A DNA stretch of 64,000 nt from Alphaproteobacteria bacterium. Its GTDB lineage: Bacteria; Pseudomonadota; Alphaproteobacteria; G965222575. The translations under genes and the position numbers were made by a program. Shown one piece after another: positions 40,294 through 50,108 of the stretch. The stretch is taken from assembly GCA_965222575.1 (NCBI GenBank), contig OZ244958.1:512001-576000 (forward strand), read 5' to 3'. The notes under the pieces are model-generated. The model was not told the origin of the DNA. It ran no database searches and worked only from the letters and a program-made list of their open reading frames with translations. The stretch's first letter is position 1. The number at the start of each line of letters is the position of its first letter.

Positions 40294-40716
40294 TTAGCTC
40301 CATTGGAACCCTCCGCCCTCTAAAAGAGGAGAGAAAGGGTTAAAGGCTACTTCCCAAAGAGTCCCATCCGGATCCGAAAAATAACCGGAAAAACCACCCC
40401 AAAATGTCTCAGCACTCGGCTTTATCAACTGGCCTCCTGCTTCTACTACTTTTCCCAAGGTCTCCTTGACTGCCTCTTTTGACATGACATTATACGATAA
40501 CAGCACACTGCTATAAGTCCCTTTTGTTATGCGGCAGTTGGTTTCTGAAAAAAATTTCTCCAACGGATAAAGCGCTAACACCATATCAGGAAGATTATAG
40601 GCAATAATATTTTCCTCTTTCCCACTAGCCGCTTGCCAGCCTAGCCCATCATAAAACGCCCGCGCACGCTCAAGAGACTCAACACCGAGTGTTATCATAC
40701 TGATTCTTTGCTCCAT
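40294..40716 (-). CDS. VOC/glyoxalase family protein
   Basis: RISMITLGV..RARAFY..LGW, FWGGFSGYFSDPDG.LWEVAFNP. Confidence 0.9.
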   Translation of the reverse strand: MEQRISMITLGVESLERARAFYDGLGWQAASGKEENIIAYNLPDMVLALYPLEKFFSETNCRITKGTYSSVLLSYNVMSKEAVKETLGKVVEAGGQLIKPSAETFWGGFSGYFSDPDGTLWEVAFNPFSPLLEGGGFQWS

Positions 40717-40836
40717 TGCTTTCCCTGTCATGACTCCTCCTCCTCTTTGCTTTTGCTCTGGAAAATTTTATTTGTTATTATATTTCAGTTCTTTTATTAT
40801 AAGCAAAAGGATAAATCAACAATAGAGAGAAAAAAG

Positions 40837-41037
40837 ATGACTATGTTAGATAATTTCATCAAGCAGTGTCGTTGGCACGATATCGCTTTGATTAAACTTG
40901 CTGCTTTTGCCTTCGCTTTAATGCTTGCTAAGCTTTGGATGCCTCTTTTGAGTTTAGAGTGGTATTGGTATCTGGTAATTGTGATAGTGGCAGGCATTAT
41001 TCCTGGGTGGAAGCTCTGTTGCGTTAAAAGCAAGTAG
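40837..41037 (+). CDS. Small two-TM membrane protein
   Basis: 66 aa from ATG at 40837: WHDIALIKLAAFAFALMLAKLWMPLLSLEWYWY. Confidence 0.7.
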   Translation: MTMLDNFIKQCRWHDIALIKLAAFAFALMLAKLWMPLLSLEWYWYLVIVIVAGIIPGWKLCCVKSK

Positions 41038-41045
41038 CAGAATTG

Positions 41046-42674
41046 CTAGTGATAAAGGGGGGGTGTTAGAGGCGAGCGTTTTCCTCTGGTGTGAGAGGAG
41101 AGGAGTGAAAGCTTCAGTATCTTGAGAAAGGTTGGGAAGGCGTCTAGGAAGTCTTCTGCACTTGTGCCGGGGGGGAGTTTATGGAAGGCAGCGCTGTGAC
41201 ACCAGACAGCACTACAAGCGGCTTGAAAGGGGGGTAGTGATTTTCCTAGCCCGGCAGCAATAAGCCCTGATAAAATGTCTCCACTGCCAGCGATGGCTGC
41301 TGTAGGGTTGGGAAAGTAGTGTACGGAAACGCAGTCTTTTTTCGCTATAATAGTGGTTGCTCCTTTGTAGACCACAAAGGCACCTGAACGCTCAGAAGCA
41401 ATCTGTGTCGCTTCAATTTTATCACAGGTTTCTGTTGTTATTCCGAAGAGGTGTTCAAATTCTCCTCTGTGGGGGGTGAGAACCACGGGCTCTTTTTTCT
41501 TTTTAATGGCGCAAAAAAGCTCATCGGGACAAGAGGCAAACACCCTTAAGCCGTCTGCATCAATCACAACAGGGCAGGGAATGGATAAAACAGAGAGGAC
41601 ATCTTGTCTTGCTTTAGGGCTTCTTCCTAACCCGGGGCCTATGACACAGGCAGAGGCTTTTCGAAACAAGGGCATGGTTTTAAGCGGCCGTTTCTTAGTG
41701 TACCCCATGATGCTAAAGGGGACCTCTCTTCCCCCGCCCCCTACCAATGACACCACACCGCTTCCCATGCGATAAGAGGCTATGGAGGCAAGTGTGCAAG
41801 CACCAGATAAGGCTTCTTCTTCTCCGCCTACCACCACAACATGACCTTTTTGGTACTTATGAGCAAACCTATCCACAGCAAAAATCCCCGCACTCCACCA
41901 TACAGAAGGGTGATTCAAAAAAACGGCCTTCGGTATCCCAACTAAACCGATATCTGACATAATAGTCACACCGCACAATTTCGCATGGGGACTTAAAACA
42001 TGAGACCTTTGTAAGCAGGAAAAGGTGATAGTCTTATCAGCTTGAAAACCTCCGTAACGCCCTTTATACCTTCCTCCTAGTGGGAGATCGATACTAAAAC
42101 GGCGCAGGTCTAAATGAGACAAATCCTGTAAAAAGGAAAAAAAATCCCCCGATAACGCCCCAGAACCCCCCCTGCCGCAAAGACCTTCCACAAGAATATC
42201 TTCCTTACTGAAACGTTCAGAAGCAAAATCATAAGAAAAGGGCACAACAGAACCACCCCACTGTGATTGTGCTGCTCTTCCTTCCGCACTATGGCATGCA
42301 CCGCGGGAGTAGACCTTGACTTTTACCCCTTTCTGCTTGAGATAACACGCTGTAAGATACGCATCTCCACCATTGTTGCCACGCCCACACAGCACAAACA
42401 CGCACCCACCGCGAAGCCCTCTTAAAACCTCTTTCCCCACCGCCCGACCCGCTCGTTGCATTAACTCAAAGCGACTCACCCCCCCACTAAAGGTTGCCTC
42501 CTCTGATTGCTCCACTTCCTCCGGTGTTAAAATATACCCCCTACTCTTCAGTGACGGGATAACACTCAACACAACTAAAATTTGCCCGGTATCAACATGC
42601 GTAGTAACACAACATCTTTTCTGATGAAATGGTGATACAAGGCAAGTGCCGCATGTAACAGAATTAAAACCCAC
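41046..42674 (-). CDS. nnr: Bifunctional NAD(P)H-hydrate epimerase/dehydratase (true start probably near 42570)
   Basis: LMQRAG, CGRGNNGGD, HKYQKG, IGPGLG, VIDADGL, LTPHRGEF, AGSGDILSG. Confidence 0.92.
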   Translation of the reverse strand: MGFNSVTCGTCLVSPFHQKRCCVTTHVDTGQILVVLSVIPSLKSRGYILTPEEVEQSEEATFSGGVSRFELMQRAGRAVGKEVLRGLRGGCVFVLCGRGNNGGDAYLTACYLKQKGVKVKVYSRGACHSAEGRAAQSQWGGSVVPFSYDFASERFSKEDILVEGLCGRGGSGALSGDFFSFLQDLSHLDLRRFSIDLPLGGRYKGRYGGFQADKTITFSCLQRSHVLSPHAKLCGVTIMSDIGLVGIPKAVFLNHPSVWWSAGIFAVDRFAHKYQKGHVVVVGGEEEALSGACTLASIASYRMGSGVVSLVGGGGREVPFSIMGYTKKRPLKTMPLFRKASACVIGPGLGRSPKARQDVLSVLSIPCPVVIDADGLRVFASCPDELFCAIKKKKEPVVLTPHRGEFEHLFGITTETCDKIEATQIASERSGAFVVYKGATTIIAKKDCVSVHYFPNPTAAIAGSGDILSGLIAAGLGKSLPPFQAACSAVWCHSAAFHKLPPGTSAEDFLDAFPTFLKILKLSLLSSHTRGKRSPLTPPLYH

Positions 42675-43174
42675 ACCAGATACGTCCCCGAAATCCTATG
42701 CAAGCCTAAAAAAAATTTCCTCAATCCGCTCTCTGCCCATAGACCCGAAAACCATTGCTCATACAAGGGCACTATCAAAGACTTCATCTCCCAAACCCCC
42801 CACACTTCTATGCCACTCCTCAAGGAGAAATACCCGCTAATAGGCATGACAATCATTGCTAAATATAACAACCCATGCATACCACGTGCTAAGATATGCT
42901 CCAACTTATTGCGCGCTCCTACAGCGCGCGGCGTAGGGGTTAATAAACGCCACAATATTCTTAAAACCACCAGCACCAGTATCGTTAACCCAAAGGAGGC
43001 ATGGTAAAAGAAAACCAGCCGTCTCTCCGGTGCGGCCTCTTCAAGAAAAAAATGCCAATACACCATGCAAACATACGCCCCTAAAATCCCAAGGGCCATA
43101 CTCCAATGCAAGATAATAGCAATGAGACCGTAAAACTCTTTCGTGTTCTTAAAAGGAAGAGACTTCATAAACAA
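42575..43174 (-). CDS. Cytochrome b561 family protein
   Basis: LHWSMA, HASFGL, HGLLY..MPISG, LHAALALYHH. Confidence 0.9.
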   Translation of the reverse strand: MFMKSLPFKNTKEFYGLIAIILHWSMALGILGAYVCMVYWHFFLEEAAPERRLVFFYHASFGLTILVLVVLRILWRLLTPTPRAVGARNKLEHILARGMHGLLYLAMIVMPISGYFSLRSGIEVWGVWEMKSLIVPLYEQWFSGLWAESGLRKFFLGLHRISGTYLVWVLILLHAALALYHHFIRKDVVLLRMLIPGKF

Positions 43175-43193
43175 AATTTTAGCATATCACGAC

Positions 43194-43967
43194 TCATAAA
43201 CCAAATTGTTCCGCAATAATACGTTCTTCTAAACTGCGCCCTGCTCTACAAAGCAAACTCACATGGCGCTCAGTCTTCGAAATGGAAGCCTTCATCACAT
43301 GATGTACTTCATGAATGTCCGCCACCGCATGCACCGGACGCTTGTCTGTATGCTCCGCTATAATGTCAATGCGGACATCCATGGGCAATAAAGCCCCACG
43401 CCAATGCTTCGGCTCAAACACATTTATAGGCGTTAGTCCCAATATCCGAGACCCAAGCGGAATAATAGGCCCTCGTGCCGATAAATTATAAGCCGTACTC
43501 CCTGCAGGCGTACAGACTAGGATACCATCTCCATTGAGATGCAATCTCTTGCGCTCATTGATGTACACCACTAGATGCGCTGTCTTAGGCGTTGCACGCG
43601 TCAAAAAAATGTCATTAATCGCAAGTCTATCCGTGATAACGCCTCGGCTGTCCGTGGCTCTAATCCTCAAAATCGGCAGCTTTTCAATAACCGCAGACTC
43701 TATACTCGATAACAAATCTTCTTTCTCTCTCTCATAGCTGTTGAGCAAAAAGCCGCGACGCCCAAAATTCAATCCATACACAGGCTTAGACTCCCCCCTA
43801 TCAAGATACTGATGCAAACTATAGAGCAAAAATCCATCCCCCCCTAGTACCACTATCACATCAGCGTCTGACTCCTCTACATGACCATAACGTGAACGAA
43901 AATACTCCATCTCCTTAACAGCTAAGGGCTTCTGTGGATTGGCAACAAAACTCAAACGCATGGTCAA
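43194..43967 (-). CDS. nadK: NAD kinase
   Basis: LGGDGF, GFLLN, AIND, GDG...TPAGSTAYNLSARGPI. Confidence 0.95.
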   Translation of the reverse strand: MTMRLSFVANPQKPLAVKEMEYFRSRYGHVEESDADVIVVLGGDGFLLYSLHQYLDRGESKPVYGLNFGRRGFLLNSYEREKEDLLSSIESAVIEKLPILRIRATDSRGVITDRLAINDIFLTRATPKTAHLVVYINERKRLHLNGDGILVCTPAGSTAYNLSARGPIIPLGSRILGLTPINVFEPKHWRGALLPMDVRIDIIAEHTDKRPVHAVADIHEVHHVMKASISKTERHVSLLCRAGRSLEERIIAEQFGL

Positions 43968-44039
43968 ACTTTTTATCAGTCTATCAATATCTTCTTAAGA
44001 AGCATCCTTTAGTGTAACTTCTACCCCTTACAGAAAACA

Positions 44040-44537
44040 ATGCTTAAAATTCTCATGATATCTGTCCTTGCGAAACTTGATGAATCACTCAAACATGTTG
44101 GCACTATTTTAGGGTTAGAGGGTATCGAACTCAATGAAAAGGGCCAGTGTGTCCTGAGCTTTGATGAAAAAATTGTGGTACAGTTCCAAGCCAAAGAAGA
44201 AAAAGAACAGGCGGTCTTGATGTCCTTTATAGGGACTGTTAAAGGCGACTTGGAGAAAGGGTATGGCACACTCTTAGAAGGCAATTTTCTCTGGAGAGAA
44301 ACAGGTGGTGCTACACTAGCTCTTGAAGAGAAGGAAGAGCTCCCTCAAGTGGTGTTAGTAGAAAAACTTTCCCTCCCTCTCCTGAACAATGAAACCTTTG
44401 AGAAAATCCTAGAGCGCTTTGTGAATTGTGCAGAGCTTTGGATTGATAAACTCAACACACCCTTCGTTGCAGATTCACAAAATGTCACCACAGCAGAGGC
44501 AGACAAGAATCTGGAAGCGTTCGCTCTCAAAATTTAA
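44040..44537 (+). CDS. Type III secretion class I chaperone (CesT/Tir-chaperone family)
   Basis: Small acidic protein: LGL..L...GQCVL.FD, LLEGN..W..TGGATLAL, FE..LE.FVN.AE.W. Confidence 0.75.
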   Translation: MLKILMISVLAKLDESLKHVGTILGLEGIELNEKGQCVLSFDEKIVVQFQAKEEKEQAVLMSFIGTVKGDLEKGYGTLLEGNFLWRETGGATLALEEKEELPQVVLVEKLSLPLLNNETFEKILERFVNCAELWIDKLNTPFVADSQNVTTAEADKNLEAFALKI

Positions 44538-44674
44538 CGCCCCCCCCGTCTCCAACCCCCGCGCGCAAAAGGATAAAGATACCCTTCTTTACACGGCACA
44601 GTAAAAAAGGGAGTGAACAGACAGCTGAACAGACAGCTTTAATGCCCCCCGCAAAGAGAGTAAAATGCCCTTTC
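44533..44674. repeat. Degenerate duplication from the chaperone stop region plus a 12-bp tandem pair
   Basis: TTTAACGCCCCCC..GCAAAAGGATAAAGATACCCTT versus TTTAATGCCCCCCGCAAAGAGAGTAAAATGCCCTT; TGAACAGACAGC twice at 44614. Confidence 0.6.
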
Positions 44675-44710
44675 ATGCATCCTCCCTCTGATGGCTTGGG
44701 AGGCAACAGC

Positions 44711-45049
44711 TTAGCTGAGTTTCCTTTGGTTCTTTGCTGCTGGATTCTTCTTCGGGTCGTCGATGAAGGTTTCTGTTTTGGCTATGATGGGAAACCCTAG
44801 ATTTTTCAGTTTCTTTTTAATGTCTTTGAGGGTAACCACGTCATCGTCAAAGGCTATCACAATGATTTTTTTCTTCATGACAAAGCCTATACTTTCAACG
44901 CCTGCAGTTTTCTTGAAGCCATGGCGAATATCCGGGGGACATGAAACGCACAGGGGATTCTTCAATTCCATAGACACCATTTTCTCTTTTCCATAAGAGA
45001 AAAAAGGGACGAGAAAGAGACTAGCGATGATGCAAAATTGCTTGACCAT
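44711..45049 (-). CDS. Periplasmic heavy-metal-binding protein, MerP-like
   Basis: Signal peptide, CVSCP motif, HMA fold ending LGFP. Confidence 0.75.
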   Translation of the reverse strand: MVKQFCIIASLFLVPFFSYGKEKMVSMELKNPLCVSCPPDIRHGFKKTAGVESIGFVMKKKIIVIAFDDDVVTLKDIKKKLKNLGFPIIAKTETFIDDPKKNPAAKNQRKLS

Positions 45050-45070
45050 TTTAAGACCTCCTATTTTTTT

Positions 45071-45430
45071 TTAATTCCAAGGGTAAAATTTCCATGCTAA
45101 AGACAGCAAAACTATTATCAAGCCTATCCAAAGCAGTATTCTGTAAGTTGGTGTCCACCAGGGAATGGTGCATAAAGTGCCGGGCTTACAAGCCTTGGGG
45201 ACTTTATACTCACGCCAAAGAAGAAAGCCAAACAGGACTAAGCCTGCGGCTGCAATGTAAATCTGGTAAGGCGTAAACCATCTAAAGTACGCAAACCACC
45301 AAGCTGTAAAGCCCATCATGCCTAAAAGGAATGGGATGACGCAACAAATCAAGCTTGCTGTCATGACACCGACCAATCCAACAATAACAGCCCATGCCCT
45401 AGCAAGTGGCGTTTTTGAATCACTAGACAT
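45071..45430 (-). CDS. merT: MerT-family heavy-metal transporter
   Basis: ASLICCVIPFLL Cys pair in TM1, PY, ACKPGTLC loop, 3 TM helices. Confidence 0.8.
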   Translation of the reverse strand: MSSDSKTPLARAWAVIVGLVGVMTASLICCVIPFLLGMMGFTAWWFAYFRWFTPYQIYIAAAGLVLFGFLLWREYKVPKACKPGTLCTIPWWTPTYRILLWIGLIIVLLSLAWKFYPWN

Positions 45431-45588
45431 AAAAACCCTTCCTGTATCTACTTAACCCCCCATTATAGCAAATACGGGCGCGACTTTCAAGAACATCCTG
45501 ACTCTTTCTAACAGAAAACTTCTTTTCAAACCTTTCGTGCTATGATATTGATAAGCCATTCATTTCTTTTTATTGTCTTTATTTTACC

Positions 45589-46524
45589 ATGTTTGCTAGA
45601 GATGGCAATCCTCCGGGCAATGGCTATGCCTTAGATATTCGTAATGTCTCCAAGCGTTATGCGGAGTCTACTTTAGCGTTGGATGATGTGTCTTTACAGG
45701 TCAAGCCCGGCGATTTTTTCGCTCTTTTGGGCAAAAATGGAGCGGGAAAGTCCACATTGATTAATATTCTTGCTGGTACTGTGACGAAAACTGCTGGTAG
45801 AGTTTATGTTTGGGGCTTTGATTTAGATGTCAATGTGCGCCGCGTCAAAGCGCATCTCGGCGTGGTGGCCCAGGAGTTCGATTTAGACCCCTTTTTTGAT
45901 ACGCAAAGTATCTTACACTTTCAAGCAGGTCTCTACGGCGCGCCAAGAACGAAAAAGGATATCGCTAAACTCTTAAAGCTCGTGCAGCTTACCGATAAAG
46001 CGAAAACCAAAATGAGACAGCTCTCCGGTGGCATGAAACGACGCCTCATGATAGCCAAAGCCATGGTGCATAACCCCCCTATTCTTATCCTAGACGAACC
46101 CACAGCGGGTGTGGATATTGAACTGCGTTACCAGCTGTGGGAAACTATGACCAATCTCAATCAACAGGGCTGTACCATTATCCTCACCACGCACTATATC
46201 GAGGAAGCACAGGCTTTATGTAAAGATATTGTCATTTTAAGAAAAGGAAAACTTGTTCTTAATAAGAAAAAAGATGCCCTTTTCAGTCTTTGGAGTAAAC
46301 GACGACTGATTGTCAAAACACAGAACACCGAACCTAGTGAAAAAATCCAAGCCATAGGAGGACAACTTCTTGACCGCTTTACCATTGCTTTTCCTTTCAA
46401 TCATGAAAAAGAAACCATTGGGGGCATTTTAGAGAAACTCAAGCACCACAACATTCCTTTTTCTGATGTCAAAACTGAAGAAATTGACTTGGAAGAAATT
46501 TTTCTGCATTACGTACAATCATGA
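45589..46524 (+). CDS. ABC transporter ATP-binding protein (YadG-like)
   Basis: GKNGAGKST, LSGGMKRR, LILDEPTAGVD, TTHY; no adjacent permease. Confidence 0.92.
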   Translation: MFARDGNPPGNGYALDIRNVSKRYAESTLALDDVSLQVKPGDFFALLGKNGAGKSTLINILAGTVTKTAGRVYVWGFDLDVNVRRVKAHLGVVAQEFDLDPFFDTQSILHFQAGLYGAPRTKKDIAKLLKLVQLTDKAKTKMRQLSGGMKRRLMIAKAMVHNPPILILDEPTAGVDIELRYQLWETMTNLNQQGCTIILTTHYIEEAQALCKDIVILRKGKLVLNKKKDALFSLWSKRRLIVKTQNTEPSEKIQAIGGQLLDRFTIAFPFNHEKETIGGILEKLKHHNIPFSDVKTEEIDLEEIFLHYVQS

Positions 46525-46534
46525 CACGAAAACC

Positions 46535-46669
46535 ATGACAAAAAGACAATTCCAAAACACCTCAAAAGAACACAAGCTTACCTATAGGCGCTTTTATCGG
46601 TTGATTTTTATCACAGGGGGGTGTATTCTATTCCTCCTTTTGATAGGATTCTTACTCGTTGCTTTTTAA
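46535..46669 (+). CDS. Small single-TM protein
   Basis: 44 aa, basic N-terminus, C-terminal hydrophobic helix. Confidence 0.4.
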   Translation: MTKRQFQNTSKEHKLTYRRFYRLIFITGGCILFLLLIGFLLVAF

Positions 46670-46707
46670 GAAGAAGCAGTAGCAGACTTCAAGGTCTGTA
46701 GGGTACC

Positions 46708-47244
46708 TTAGCCTCCCGGTTTCCAGAGGATATCGTTCCCTTTATTAAAGTGGCGGGCGACAACAAAAAGATAGTCGGACAAGCGATTTAAGTACCGTAT
46801 CACCTCTTTGTTGAGTCCTTCTTGTTCTGATAGTGCTACGGCTAGGCGTTCTGCTGTGCGGACATGCGCGCGCCCTAAGTGACACCAACTAGAAGCAATA
46901 CTGCCTCCGGGAAGAAGAAAACTCTTCAAAGGCAATACTTTCAAACGGGACATATCTTCTTCTAATTTCTCCACATAATCAGCCGTTATCCTAAGTGCTT
47001 GCTCCTTCTTGGGGATACAGACATCTGCCCCTACATCTAGCAGATCATTTTGAATCCTCAAGAGTTTGCTGTCTTCCTTATGATTGCCCGTCTGTAACCG
47101 CAACAACCCTATCACAGCGTTCGTTGTGTCCAATTGCCCTATGAGTGCAATGCGTACAGTGGATTTCGATACCCTTGTGTTATCGCCTAACCCCGTGCTG
47201 CCATCGTCGCCCTTCTTTGTAGTGATGACGGTGAGTTTAACCAT
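46708..47244 (-). CDS. pduO: PduO-type cob(I)alamin adenosyltransferase
   Basis: TKKGDDGSTGL, IQNDLLDVGAD, FLLPGG, RTAER, YLNRLSDYLFV.AR. Confidence 0.93.
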   Translation of the reverse strand: MVKLTVITTKKGDDGSTGLGDNTRVSKSTVRIALIGQLDTTNAVIGLLRLQTGNHKEDSKLLRIQNDLLDVGADVCIPKKEQALRITADYVEKLEEDMSRLKVLPLKSFLLPGGSIASSWCHLGRAHVRTAERLAVALSEQEGLNKEVIRYLNRLSDYLFVVARHFNKGNDILWKPGG

Positions 47245-48997
47245 ACAATGCCTCAATTTCTTTTTGATAATAGGTAAAAATCTTGCGCCTTTTCATCTTC
47301 AAAGTTGGGGTTAATAGTCTATTTTCCAATGAAAAGGGTTCTTTGACAACAAAAAAGCGTCGGGGACGTTCGTAAGCACTTAAGGATTGACACACCATGG
47401 CCATGGCCGTTGATAACGCTTTGTGATAGACGGCTTCCCCTTGCTCTAACAGTGAGTCCGCAGGAACTAATAGTGCTACTAAAAATTTCTTATCGTTGCC
47501 AAACACACAGGCTTGGGCAATCTCTTCCTCTCTCATCAACGCTTCCTCAACGCGAACAGGAGAGACATTATCACCTCCTTGTAACACAATAATGTCCTTC
47601 AAGCGGTCCGTAATGGTCAGAACCCCTTCCTCATCTAAAGCCCCTAAATCTCCTGTTTTTAACCAACCCTTTTTCAGTACTTGTGCGCTCTCTTGGGGCT
47701 TCTTCCAATACCCCTGCATCACAGAACGACTGGATACAGCGATTTCTCCACCCTTGAGGATTTTCACCTTCACGCCGGGTAAAGGAGGCCCCACACTTCT
47801 AAACTTGCCGTCTAAGAGATTCCTTGGGTGCTGTACACTCACAATAGGTCCCGCCTCAGATAAGCCGTACCCCTGTAAAACTTGTACCCCAAGAGAGAGA
47901 AAAAACTCCACAATCTCAGGGTCTAGCGCTGCGCCGCCACAACAAAACGCACGGAGACGACCTCCGAAACGTTTGCGAAAACGCCGACGTACCAACTGCT
48001 CAAGAATAAAATCACCACACCTCTCCACTCCCCCTATCTTCTTCCCCCCTAGCCTTTTTCGCCCCAAGGCTAATGTCTTCAAAAAAAGATAACGACTCAG
48101 TTTGCTACTTTGCGCAGCCCCTTGTTGTATCCGTGAGCGCATCACCTCTAAAAGACGCGGGACAACTAAAAAAAATGTCGGCCGCGACGCTTGGATGTCT
48201 TTCGAAATACTTTGTAGCGACAGAACATAATATATCTTGTGTCCCAATAACAACGGTAACAATTGACCCACTGTTCTCTCATAAGCATGCGCTAAGGGCA
48301 AAAAAGATAAAAATACTTCCTGCTGGTGACCATATATCTCTCTTAATAAAGTTGCCGCCCCCCAACAGTTATGAAGTAAAGCCCCATGGGTTAACATCAC
48401 ACCACGCGGAACGCCTGTAGACCCTGAGGTATAAATTAAACAAGCCAAATCTTCTTGGCAAACCACAGGCGGAGGCAGTACAGACTTCTTCTTCCCTCTC
48501 TCTATGACCTCTTGTAGGGTGTAACGGACAACTTTACCACGCACCCCAACAGAAGAAGAAAGCCCCACAATCCATTCACAAGGGGATTGATGAAGGATTT
48601 TGCTTAAAGACTGCTCATACTCCGCACCGCGCACCACAATCCCCCGCGCACCACTATCCTTCAGTATATAAAGCCAATCCTCTGTAGGCGATACCGTGTA
48701 CACAGGAACACTCACCCCCCCAATGCTCATAATTGCCATATCAGTAAGTGCCCAAAGAGGATGATTTAGAGATAAAATCGCAACCCTATCCCCTTTACGG
48801 ACGCCTAAAGCCTGTAATCCAGACCCTAATGCCTTGACTTGCTGTGATGCCTCTGCCCAACTGAAAGCCTTATAAGACAGACTCTGCTCACGGTAAAACA
48901 GACACGGACTCTCTTTCAAACGATTAGCTGTGGCAAAAAAAGCCGCCGTCACAGAGGAAGCCTCTAACAAAGAATCAGTTTCTATAACCGGTTTCAT
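47237..48997 (-). CDS. fadD: Long-chain fatty acid-CoA ligase (AMP-dependent)
   Basis: YTSGSTGVPRGV, LPLAHAYE, QGYGLSE, GWLKTGDLG, LTPTLKMKR. Confidence 0.9.
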   Translation of the reverse strand: MKPVIETDSLLEASSVTAAFFATANRLKESPCLFYREQSLSYKAFSWAEASQQVKALGSGLQALGVRKGDRVAILSLNHPLWALTDMAIMSIGGVSVPVYTVSPTEDWLYILKDSGARGIVVRGAEYEQSLSKILHQSPCEWIVGLSSSVGVRGKVVRYTLQEVIERGKKKSVLPPPVVCQEDLACLIYTSGSTGVPRGVMLTHGALLHNCWGAATLLREIYGHQQEVFLSFLPLAHAYERTVGQLLPLLLGHKIYYVLSLQSISKDIQASRPTFFLVVPRLLEVMRSRIQQGAAQSSKLSRYLFLKTLALGRKRLGGKKIGGVERCGDFILEQLVRRRFRKRFGGRLRAFCCGGAALDPEIVEFFLSLGVQVLQGYGLSEAGPIVSVQHPRNLLDGKFRSVGPPLPGVKVKILKGGEIAVSSRSVMQGYWKKPQESAQVLKKGWLKTGDLGALDEEGVLTITDRLKDIIVLQGGDNVSPVRVEEALMREEEIAQACVFGNDKKFLVALLVPADSLLEQGEAVYHKALSTAMAMVCQSLSAYERPRRFFVVKEPFSLENRLLTPTLKMKRRKIFTYYQKEIEALYG

Positions 48998-49075
48998 ACT
49001 AGCTTTCTCAGTATCATCCTACTTTTCTGATAGTAAGGAGAAGTGTAGCATAACACGTTTCCTTCTGCACAATCA

Positions 49076-50049
49076 GAAAAAAACATTGTTACCAGCTTGA
49101 AGGACTTTGCGGGGGAGGTGAAACGGAGGGTGGCTGTTGGTGGGGAGGAAAAACATCGTTACCAGCTTGAAGGGCTTTGCGGGGGAGGTGAAACGGAGGG
49201 TGGCTGTTGGTGGGGAAGAAACACATCGTTACCAGCTTGAAGGGCTTTGCGGGGGAGGTGAAACGGAGAGTGTGCTGTTGGTGGGGAAGAAACACATTGT
49301 TACCAGCTTGAAGGGCTTTGCGGGGGAGGTGAAACGGAGAGTGTGCTGTTGGTGGGGAGGAAACACATCGTTACCAGCTTGAAGGGCTTTGCGGGGGAGG
49401 TGAAACGGAGGGTGTGCTGTTGGTGGGGAGGAAAAACATCGTTACCAGCTTGAAGGGCTTTGCGGGGGAGGTGAAACGGAGGGTGGCTGTTGGTGGGGAG
49501 GAAACACATCGTTACCAACTTGAAGGGCTTTGCGGGAGAGGTGAAACGGAGAGTGTGCTGTTGGTGGGGAAGAAAAACATTGTTACCAGCGGAAGGGCTT
49601 TGCGGGGGAGGTGAAACGGAGGGTGGCTGTTGGTGGGGAGGAAAAACATCGTTACCAGCTTGAAGGGCTTTGCGGGAGAGGTGAAACGGAGCTTGAAGGG
49701 CTTTGCGGGAGAGGTGAAACGGAGAGTGTGCTGTTGGTGGGGAGGAAACACATCGGAAGGGCTCTAACGGGGGATCAGTGAAACGGAGTTTCATACTAGC
49801 TGTTGGTGGGGAGGAAACACATCGTTACCAGCTTGAAGGGCTTTTCTGAGAGGTGAAACGGAGAGTGTGGCTGTTGGTGGGGAGGAAACACATCGTTTCT
49901 TGAAGGGCTTGCGGGAGAGGTGAAACGGAGAGTGTGCTGTGTTACCAGCTTTGCGGGAGAGGTTACAGGGCTTTGCAGAGGTGAAACGGAGAGTGTGCTG
50001 TTGGTGGGGAAGAAACACATTGTTACCAGCTTGAAGGGCTTTGCGGGGG
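49076..50049. repeat. Tandem array C: about 13 copies of 70-71 bp between divergent fadD and tsaD; right part scrambled
   Basis: GTTACCAGCTTGAAGGGCTTTGCGGGGGAGGTGAAACGGAG..CTGTTGGTGGGGA at 49088, 49158, 49228, 49299, 49370, 49441, 49511, 49582, 49651 and on to 50022. Confidence 0.97.
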
Positions 50050-50108
50050 GCGTCCTTTTGAGAATCACTGGTCTGTTTGTTTGTGAGAAATCCTGCTATC
50101 ATGGCGTT

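Noticed and set aside
49920-50108. Long N-terminal extension of tsaD (similarly hutG, sufS, sufT, pduO, nnr)
   Set aside because: Longest-ORF artefacts; family homology starts at downstream starts that often overlap the preceding stop codon
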